64,000 nucleotides of DNA from Eledone cirrhosa. Its lineage: Eukaryota. The notes below the pieces were generated by a model that saw only the letters and a program-made list of their open reading frames with translations, was not told the origin of the DNA and made no database searches. Below are positions 54,458 to 64,000 of this stretch, piece after piece; positions within the stretch are counted from its first letter, which is position 1, and every line of letters starts with the position of its first letter. A program made the translations under genes and the position numbers. The stretch is taken from positions 28,582,001 to 28,646,000 of the forward strand of contig OZ024746.1 in the NCBI GenBank assembly GCA_964016885.1, given 5' to 3'.

Positions 54458-54532
54458 TACCATGAGATGTTAAATGGTTCATTTAACATTTAACATCTCA
54501 GGGTATGTCATGTATCATTATATTTTGTCTGA

Positions 54533-54717
54533 GGGCGGTGGATTGGCAGTATCGGTAGAGGGTCGCACGCCATGCTTTCCAGCATAGTTACGTCCCTTTA
54601 CGCTCTGAGTTCAAATACCGTCGAGGTTGACTTTGCCTTTCATCCTTACGGGGTCGATAAAATAAAGTACCAGTAATGCACTGGGTATTTGCTGGCCTGG
54701 TGCCTAAAGTAGAAGCA
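54533..54717 (+). mobile_element. tRNA-derived SINE inserted in the HHR core
   Basis: 16-bp TSD ATTATATTTTGTCTGA (54517-54532 and 54718-54733). Confidence 0.92.
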
Positions 54718-54780
54718 ATTATATTTTGTCTGATGAGGACGTACTGTTGTACATCCGAAATATGTATAATAAAATGTAAT
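54718..54780 (+). ncRNA. Type I minimal HHR (family C)
   Basis: 12-bp stem I ATTATATTTTGT/ATAAAATGTAAT; CTGATGA; stem II GGACGTAC/GTACATCC; GAAA-TATGTA-TA (AUA site). Confidence 0.82.
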
Positions 54781-54809
54781 TGATCAAAAGAACATTTATT
54801 TTATTAATA

Positions 54810-54891
<82 letters not shown>

Positions 54892-55290
54892 TATAAGTAA
54901 GCGAGAACGACGTCAAGGTTGCATCATAAATAAACTTTATTGCATATGACAACTATTTCGATTTCGACCAGCTCAGGGATCGATCACAATGTTCGGTAAG
55001 CTTAATTAATAGGGAAAGCGATCTGGAGTATCAATTATTGATGTCTATATCTGGTTAGAGTGAGGCGGGTGTGGCACTAGAGCGACAGTAGCCGTGGCGG
55101 CGGCTGGGATATTCACATCAACAACTCTACAGACAATAGCGACACTCCCACCATCGCCACCACCACTCAGCCTGGAACTAGTTGTTGTAACGGCAGGAGC
55201 TCTGCCGTCGGGTCTCAACTCTTTATAAAATATAACCACACTCTATTTCCTTGTTGAGTAATTGTCTACCAAGTTTTAACTTGGTTCCCT

Positions 55291-55346
<56 letters not shown>

Positions 55347-56093
55347 ACACTGGAGGGTATATATGTAGTAGTAGAGCACTCGGTCCATGGGACGATTGGT
55401 AGAAGTAGTTCCACAACAGTTAGTTCACTATACCGAGAACATATATATATAAATATATATATATATATAAATACAATATCGGAGAGAGCTTTTTAGCGAT
55501 ACTCCGGCCAAATTCCAACTCACTCAACAAACATTAGGAAATAAGTGATTATATTCCCAATTATGTGTTCGGGGTGCTAACTAAAAGTATTGCGTGGAAA
55601 ATTGGCTGTATTATTTCAAATGAGACATATCTAATATATCTCTTCCCAGACGGACGTCTCGTTTCATTATAGGACTCCTACAATTTGGGTGAAATTATAC
55701 CAATTTATGTAGGAGCTTGTATACCATCAATAGATATATATTCAAGTGGGCTCATATAATTCATCAGTGGGTGCCCCAATAATACTAATATTGATAATCT
55801 AACCAACATCAGCATTTAGCGATAATCACTTTCTTTGCCTGAGGTATCTGTCAGGTAGCCAGTCCAGCAGTTCTGAAAGAAGTGATCGAACTGATTCAAA
55901 AAATGAGGAAGTGAATTACCGCCAAAAAAAACAATAGATGCGCGTGACAATGAACTCTGAAAGGAATTCAGGCCACGTGCTAAGAACTCAATTGGAAATT
56001 GAGAAAATATCTATGTGTGTACAACATTTGATGACACACACAGATATTTTCTCGGGCAAAATAACAGAATGAGATATAAGGAACAATCAATAT

Positions 56094-56142
<49 letters not shown>

Positions 56143-56369
56143 AGATCATGTATCTTTGTTTATGTCCCATAGCTTAGTTGTTTGAGGCAATATGAGTACT
56201 GCGATCGATATGGTCGACTGACTCTCTTTAATGTGATATCTCAGCATAGCCGCTGTCAAGTGACTGAATCCTTTAAATATGTAGAGGAACATCGATATAT
56301 TAATGAGAGAGAAAGGAATTTAAATGCAGAGAGAGAGCGAGAGTGAGAGAGAGCGAGAGAGGGAAAGTG

Positions 56370-56432
<63 letters not shown>

Positions 56433-56559
56433 ATGGGTGGGGGGAAAGATAAGGTATAGGAGCAGTGAGTGTGTGTTCACCAGATATATACATATGGGTC
56501 CGAACAAAAAACCGCATTTCCACTCTCACTACCTACGTCTTTCCCGCTCGCCCCATCTC

Positions 56560-56722
56560 TCACAATTAAGAGCGAATGGGGGCCCACGTGCTGGCTGCCT
56601 AGCGGCCCTAGCGGACAGAATAGAGAAGGCGTTTCCTAGGACAATAGTGACGGAGACGCGATGGAAGAGCAATTCCAGCTTGCAAGGCTCATACCCTTGG
56701 GTGGCCAACCCTGTGCAGCAGC
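56560..56722 (-). mobile_element. 3' fragment of a CRE-like non-LTR element, related to 62990-63850
   Basis: EP..LELLFHRVSV..LGNAFSILSA matches the C-terminus of the 63-kb copy. Confidence 0.75.
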
Positions 56723-57400
56723 AAAATATCAAATAGGTTGTTTTTAAATAAATGATGTGAAATTGTTTATCACATTTTCAGAAATGATATGGTTGATGTT
56801 AAAGAGAATTGTACCTTTAACAACTTCCAATACAGATGGTCGTTCATATCTCAATCGTGACGCCATTGACATAGCAAGAATTTATTATGTGTATGTATGT
56901 ATTTATATATATGTATTATCTATGTATATATATATATGTGTGTGTGTTTGTCTCTCTCTCTCTCCCTTTCTCTTTCTCTTTCTCTGTGCGTGTGTGATTA
57001 TGTGTGTGTTTGTGTTTGTGTATTTATTGGTTTTTTCGGCTTCAATGAAGTAGACACAGTTGTTCCCCTTTGTATCTCATATATCTGTAAGTGACATGGC
57101 GAATCGAAATTAAGACAACACTGAAGAAGTAAAGAGAATAAAAGAGATAGAAATAGAGATATAAAATGTCTGTTAGTAGAGACACAATAGCTATATCTAC
57201 GTCTGACATATCATAACTTACTAATAGTTACCTCTGACATATCATAACTTACAAACACAAAATACAAAGAACGAATTACAAAATATACACAAAATAGTTT
57301 CGAAAATATTTGCATGGCTTTAACTATGAAAGGAATGATTGAATCGTTAAAGGTCTCTCCTGTAATAAAAGTTGATTGAGAATATAAACCTCTCTGTGGT

Positions 57401-58770
57401 TGTTATGTATAATAATTGTTTCTACTTTAGGCACAAGGCCAGCAATTACCCAGTACATTACTGGTACTTTATTTTATCGACCCCGTAAGGATGAAAGGCA
57501 AAGTTAACCTCGGCAGGATTTGAACTCAGATTGTAAAGGGACGTAACTGTGCTAGAAAGCATGGCGTCCAACCCTCTACCGATACTGCCAATTCACCGCC
57601 ATATGTTATGTATAATAATGTGGATATATAACCATTGTGTTGTTATGTTTAATAATGTCTAATACAGACCTGTCAACTCTCCTCGTCCGACGGGGAGATT
57701 TCCCACCCACTTTTGGGTAAGTGAGAGATGTCTTCTCTTGTGAAAATGGGTATAGCTTTCATTATGTAAAATCTCCTCGGTGGATTGGCAGTATCGGTAG
57801 ATGGTCGGACGCCATGCTTTCCTGCATAGTTACGTTCCTTTACGATCTAAGTTCAAATCCCGCCGAGGTTGACTTTGCCTTTCATCCTTACGGGGTCGAT
57901 AAAATAAAGTACCAGTAATACACTGAGTAATTGCTGGCCTTGTGCCTAAAGTAGAAACAATTATGTAAAATCTCCTCATTTTGCCTTATTTCTCCCCGTT
58001 TTGGGGTACTTTATTTCATGTGCTCGCCGTTTGGGTTTTTAGAGGTTGGCAGGTTTGGTCTAATGTCTAGAATTATCGTGGTCAAGTTATGTTTAATAAT
58101 GTAGAGGTATTATCGTGTTGTACTTATGTATAATAATTGTTTCTACTTTTTGGAACAAGGCCAGCAATTAACCAGTTCATTACTGGTTCTTTATTTTATC
58201 GACCCCGTAAGGATGAAATGAAAAGTTAACCTCGGCGGGATTTGAACTCAGATCATAAATGGCCGTAACTCTTTGCTGTAACGCAGTCGTCAGTCCCTCT
58301 ACCCATACTGCCAATCCACATATTTATGTATAATAATTGTTTCTACTTTTGGCACATGGCCAGCAAACCTCGACGGGATTTGAACTCAGGCCTTAAAGGA
58401 CCGTAGCTCTTTGCTGCAAAGCATGGTGTCTGACCCTCTACCGATCCTGCCAATCATGTACAATAATGTCGAGAGATTATTGTGTAGTTGTTATGTTTAA
58501 TAATGTCGAAATATTATCGTGTGGTGGTTATGTGCAATGTCGAGAAATTATCGTGGTGCAATAGGCAGAATCTTTAGAGTGACGTAAAATATTTGTTTCT
58601 ACTTTAGGCACAAGGCCAGCAATAACCCAGTTCATTACTGGTACTTTATTTTATCGACCCCGTAAGGATGAAAGGCAAAGTCAACCTCGGCGGGATTTGA
58701 ACTCAGATCGTAAAGGGACGTAAGTATGCTGGAAAGCATGGCGTCCGACCCTCTACCGATACTGCCAATC
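57401..58770. mobile_element. SINE cluster: 57413-57601(-), 57779-57959(+), 58133-58319(-), 58333-58455(-), 58593-58770(-)
   Basis: Family matches; TSDs TGTTATGTATAATAAT (16 bp) and ATTATGTAAAATCTCCTC (18 bp). Background is a degenerate GTTATGT.TAATAATGT minisatellite. Confidence 0.9.
57665..58057. mobile_element. hAT-type MITE (~195 bp) with a nested SINE
   Basis: TIRs CAGACCTGTCAAC and GTTGGCAGGTTTG; 8-bp TSD GTCTAATA/GTCTAATG. Confidence 0.75.
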
Positions 58771-60755
58771 CTTTGTTTAGTTACGAACCTTTTCAACCTG
58801 ATTTCAAATGCCGTCGCGGCAAAGTTTACTTTTGTTCTTTCTGGGTTGATAAAATAAATCCCTACCAAAATAGGAATACTAAGTTAGTAATAATTATTAC
58901 TGGGTCACAAGAATAAATATAATAATCCTATCTCAGTGAAATTTGAACTCAAAGTCACGTATCTTTCAACATGTCTTAAAATTCTACTTTGTAAAATATA
59001 GAAACCCTTCTTTCTCTCCTACCTCTATCTTTCACCCCATTAACTCTCTTTCTCTGCCACCGCTCTTTCTTTCCTCCTCTCTCTTTCTTACTCTTCTACC
59101 TCTCACTCTCTCTTTCTCGCCTCCTCTCTTGCTCTAATGCACCTCCCTCAGTCTTTCCCCCCTCACTCTCTCTTTCTCACCCCCCCTCTCTATTTCCCCC
59201 TCTCTCCCTCTGCATCCCACTCTCTCATTCTTCTTCCAAATTTGTTTCTCTACCTATTAAACTATGTATATTCACAACGAGCATCGCTTATTTTTTAATG
59301 TCGTCTGTACTTTGTAAACAGAACTTTCCTCTCTCAACATGATCAGCAATTATAGTGAACGACATAACGTTTGTGATTTAATTGCTAGCCAACTTGTTCT
59401 GTCCTGATTTATCTCAAATTCTCTATAAAAATGTCACTAGCAATATTCTGAAACCTCACTTAATTACATTTTGCTCTTTCCACTCACGGTTTGGCTGAAG
59501 TCCTGCGTCCGCTTCTTGCTATAATATAGTTTTATGATTTGTTCTAAAATTAGCGATGATTTGAAATCAGCGAACACAATTATTCATTTCTAACCTTAGG
59601 TCAATATTCTTACAAAACTCTCACTTCCTCCCACCCCCTCTTCCACATGCCTAACATTTAATCGCCAGAATACCAAATGTTAGCTATTTTCGCCAACTTT
59701 AAATGAAATGCTATTTCAGAAGCTGGTAGTGGATATTTGTTGAACGAGATCACATCAAACATATTCCAAATTGAATGTCACATGAAGAAGAAGGAAAGCC
59801 AACTATTTCGAAAGTTTGATCATTTCTATTACTACAACTTTCTCACTTTTAAAGGATATCGAATTGAATTGAATGAGAATCAGTCGGTTTCCATCATCAG
59901 CATTCAGCATTGCTATCAGCTGAATGTTCGAGTCGTGAATTAACGTATTAACGTGTAAGTGGCTAAGTATTGCACTGGCATATATAACCTTAGCATAATT
60001 CTCAAGGACATTCGTCATGCCACCAGTATGAGGAGGCAGATCCTTACGAGTATAAGTACAGTCCATCATGTAACACAGTACAAATGGCTGAGTATTCCAT
60101 AGACTAGTGTACCCTTAACGTAGTTCTCCGTCAGAATCAGCGTGAGATTTTTTTTGTGACAGGTTTTCACTTTTGAAATTATAGGTACAGTCAATCATGC
60201 ATTATTGTCTAAATGGTTGAGTATTCCACAGACAGGTGTACCTTTAGTGTAATTCTCAAGGAGATCCGGCATGTCACAGAGTATGACAAGGTTGGCTCTT
60301 TGCATTATAAGTAAAGTCAATCATGCATTATAATGTATGTGTATCTATAAGGTAAACTGAGAGAGATTCAGCATGTCCGTTGGACTTTAACACTGTCTCC
60401 GTCTACCAAATTTCACACACAATGCTCGAATCAACTAGAGTCTATGTAGTAAACCCTTGCTCTAGATGATTTGCAGTGAGATCAAACCCGAGTCCTCAAG
60501 ATTTTACAAGCAAACCGTTTAACACCCTAACTATTGATACATGAGTTCTCTAGAATATATATAAAAGTGACAAAAATAATATATATATACATAGTTCTTT
60601 TCTCTACATAAATGCGATGAGTGTATATAAACAACATTATTTGAATCAACAATTCTCTTGTAGTTTTAGCTGATGAAGTAAATAAATACGTCTTTACATT
60701 TACATTTATATTACACTACACACGCATGGACACACACACATATATATATATATAT

Positions 60756-60853
<98 letters not shown>

Positions 60854-61270
60854 ATATATATATATATATATATCAATATATATATATATGTTATATATGG
60901 GTGGGGGTGTGTGTGTGTTGTTCATTGGCAGAACATGTATGGTGCCAGAACTTATTATAAGATGTCTGCCAAATTAGATTTTCCATCGCCATCTTAAATG
61001 TAAAGGTCAATTTAACACCCTTTACAAAGTATTACATTATGACAAGGTTGATATAGTCTGAAAGATACAAGATGGCTGCCAGCGATCACTTTGTCTACAG
61101 TCATTTTATTACGTCTCGTGCTTCGTGAGATAAAAAGTGGTACAGATGCATTAAGGATTAGACTGCTGTGTATTTCGATAGGAATCAAGCAACAAAACAA
61201 ACTCACTATTTCTTTATTGCCTGTTGAAGCGTTTGTCATTTTTTTCTATCTGACATATCATCTTACACTC

Positions 61271-61341
<71 letters not shown>

Positions 61342-61439
61342 CTGTGTGTGTGTTTCTGTGTGTGTCCTGGATTCAATCGGGAGTAACCACAGTAAGAAAG
61401 GTACTCAATAATTTCTAAAGTATAAAGTATGTCTTAAGC

Positions 61440-61652
61440 CAGGAGGCTCATTTGGCCGGTGCCTATCCCGGTTTCATGGCGTGAAGCGACTGAGAGTTCA
61501 AAATTTCCCCCAGGACAGGACGCCAGTCCAACGCAGGGTTAAACCCTGGTACTCATTTTCCGCTGAGTATACTGGAGCAACGTGAAATGAAGTGTTTTGC
61601 TCAAGAAACCAACACGCAACCCAGGAATCGAACCCACTAGGCCACCTGCCTC
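61440..61652 (-). mobile_element. Second tRNA-derived SINE family with a conserved central domain (degenerate relatives near 12880, 38330-38555 and 49020)
   Basis: Minus strand: GGTTCGATTCC B box, TCTTGAGCAAAACACTT..GCTCCAG..CTCAGC..ATGAGTACC, GGACTGGCGTCC. Confidence 0.7.
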
Positions 61653-62065
61653 TACACTCAATATATTAGTAGAGTGTAAACATCAAGTTTAATATAGAAA
61701 TGGCTTCTACAGGACGAGAACTATTTCATTCAAAAGAAATTATTAGGCTTTGTTACCGACAATTACTCCCAGATCTTAGGTGTTGTTGGAGATTACGAAG
61801 GTTTCATCAGAGGGAAGAGAATATGATAACTTCAGTGCAGACGCTTTGACAAAGCGAATTAGTCCGAATTTTTCCTCGATCAGTAGTATATTGTTGTTTT
61901 CTTTTTTTTTGGGGGGGGGGGGTCACGCATTGGTTAAAAACAAGTAAATTTGATTGAAGGTATGTCCGGTATCCCACTCCATTGATAACCTCCTGGAGCT
62001 GAAATCATCTGCGAAGATTCTTATGCTGTGTATTTGATGACGTTGATAATGTCATTGATATAAAT

Positions 62066-62198
62066 AATTGTTTGTACTTTTGGCACAAGGCCAGCAATAA
62101 CCCAGTACATTACTGGTACTTTATTTTATCGACCCCGTAAGGATGAAAGGCAAAGTTAACCTCGGCGGGATTTGAACTCAGAATGGTAAGGGCTGTAA
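62066..62198 (-). mobile_element. 5'-truncated SINE
   Basis: Family match. Confidence 0.85.
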
Positions 62199-62379
62199 CA
62201 TAAATAATGAAGGTAAATGGGCCCAACACATTGTCTTGTGGAACCTCACTACTGACGTTTGCTGAGCTGCATTGCATTCTTTCGACCGTAACAAGTTCTG
62301 TTTGGACCGTAACAAGCTCTGTTTGTCAGGAAACACTTGATTCATTGTAGTAATTTCCAGAGACACCAATGTTGGATAG

Positions 62380-62765
62380 TTATTTAAACAGGATGTTGTG
62401 ATAAACTCTGCCAAAAGCCTTGTTGAAATCAAGGTCTATGACATCAGCGTTAGAGTTCTCTCCCAAAGCTCTTAAAATGTCAGCAACGTGATGCAAAAGC
62501 TGCGTTAGGCAATCCCTGCCATTACGGGACCTATGTTGGGTGTAGTGCAGCAGATTGTTGCTTTCAAGAAAGTGAGGTATTTGTGATCTGACCACCCTCT
62601 CAAATACCTAAATGAGATGAGAAGTGAGTGAGACAGGACGTTAATTCACTGCAAGAGTCTTGTTTCTCCCTTTGAAAACTTGAACGACAGACTGTGACAG
62701 AAAGTTTTCAAGGATATAGCCAGCGTCCAGTGAGTTCCTCTACAAATTAGTTAGAGGCGATACAA
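62380..62765 (-). mobile_element. Old CR1-like RT remnant
   Basis: N*RPVSLTSH..VFERVVR..NNLL..QH..GRDCLTQLL..ADVIDLDFNKAF. Confidence 0.8.
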
Positions 62766-62989
62766 GTTTAATTTTCTCATTGCCGATTCCTCCTGACCTG
62801 TTCTTTCGTTATTAATGATGGGCTTCATAGATTTTTGGAGATTATATTTTTCGATTCGACAAGTGCAATAGCAGTCGAATGTTTTTTTTTGTTTTTTTAT
62901 TATCTTTTTAACCACAAACATGTTTATTTAACTCTACTTGGATGAAAGAATGGTATTTAACTAATGTAATGGTACGCGATGAGGCACAT

Positions 62990-63850
62990 CCACAGCCCCG
63001 GCGGACAGAATGGAGAAGGCATTTCCCCAGAGGACTTCAAGGGAGACGCGCTGGAAAAGCTACTCCAACTCGCGAGGCTCACACCTACGGCTGGCCAGCT
63101 CAGCGCCTATGGTGGTGAGTAAGGAGGTACCCCTGGGGCCGAGGACACCAGAAGTTTCTACTGCTAGGGGAACGACCGCAAACCTGTCGGAGAGCGACCG
63201 GTATTTGAGGAGTTTGGCCCCCTCAGCCCGCAGAACCTGGGTCAGTCGCAGACTGCACCAGGTTGCGGCTGCAGGAAGTGTCGGTGGAAGTGGAATCCCA
63301 GACGAGGGGTTTGCCACCGGGCAACGGAAAGATGGTCATGCCATCTGGCCTTTTGCCGTCCCCTCGATCCAGCCCCACCGGCTCGAGCTGGGAAGGGAAG
63401 CTTGCAGCGTCCAAGCCATGCTTACTGACCTCGTTGAGGGCAGTATGGTGTGGAATGCGGCCGGCACTGTGGCGACAGGAAAGCGGGTGGAGGCCGAAAG
63501 AGTCCACGGTGGAACCGCAGCGACATTGGTGTGGCTGGCAGATCCGGAGGCCGAGCCTCAGGGAAACGCCGATTCGCAGGCTATGTTTGTCTAGATGCGT
63601 GCCAGTGGAGGAGGGCAGAGCATGGAGCCAGGCATCACTGTGGGGTTTGGAGGCCGCACGAAAACAAGCAAGGCGGTGCTGGTCGAGCTGGCGCGTGAGC
63701 CTGTCTGAGGCCAGGCTGCCCTGGATGGCATCCCAAGTGCGTTGGGGGGACTTGACGTCAACAGGAGGAGAAGGAGGAGGGACGTCTACTGGGCCAAGTC
63801 CCAGCCGGTCCCACGTCTCACAGGCGGCCTCACGTTCTCTGAACACAGAG
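62990..63850 (-). mobile_element. CRE-like non-LTR retrotransposon 3' part (Zn knuckle and REL endonuclease)
   Basis: AWLHALP, LRLG, CRCG..GLHPLSC..H.ALN, LEP.GL.RGDGKRPDG, LVWD, KYR, PLAVETSG, GNAFSIL. Confidence 0.85.
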
Positions 63851-64000
63851 GGTTCTGTTGTGTTTTGAAAAACCCTGCTGACGAATGTTTGTGTTGCTAC
63901 TGGCAGTATTTTACTTTGTTGGTATTTTTGTTTAATCTTTTTTTTTTTCTGATAGAAGTTTTTTTTCTGTTATGGGGGATTCTGCACCTAGTTTTATTCA

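Larger units (their letters stand above)
52417..54812. mobile_element. Family C fold-back HHR element in (TA)n, interrupted by a CR1-like LINE and a SINE
   Basis: Left arm 52524-52630 plus 54460-54476 pairs with 54488-54532 plus 54734-54810. An unpaired tail lies at 52417-52523. Confidence 0.85.

Noticed and set aside
54533-54625. SINE heads as tRNA genes
   Set aside because: A/B-box similarity only, with no cloverleaf. They continue into a SINE body and have TSDs.
55820-55920. Possible small host exon (CAG/GT-like sites)
   Set aside because: No supporting ORF, homology or neighbouring exons. Small exons cannot be excluded without transcript data.
57401-58770. Repeat cluster as a CRISPR-like array
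   Set aside because: Units are ~185-bp SINEs in mixed orientation with TSDs. The context is eukaryotic and there are no cas genes.

Overview
AT-rich, microsatellite-dense animal genomic DNA with no recognisable host gene, probably intergenic or intronic. The tRNA-derived SINE family and repeat landscape resemble an octopod cephalopod (inference from recall, not a search). The window is a patchwork of retroelements: a degraded near-full-length Tx1/L1-type LINE (1-4870), two Penelope-like elements with Naiad-type GIY-YIG domains, CR1-like, RTE, R4/Dong-like and CRE-like LINE fragments, a mariner remnant, a hAT-type MITE and about 20 SINE copies. The most notable pattern is a set of at least six unrelated fold-back elements inside (TA)n tracts. 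Most have two divergent arms with 3' ends pointing outward, one long and one short, and carry minimal type I hammerhead ribozyme (HHR) motifs with palindromic stem III. One family has a circularly permuted ~431-nt monomer, as expected for a retrozyme-like circular RNA mobilised by Penelope-like elements. Most ORFs in the supplied track are microsatellite artefacts.
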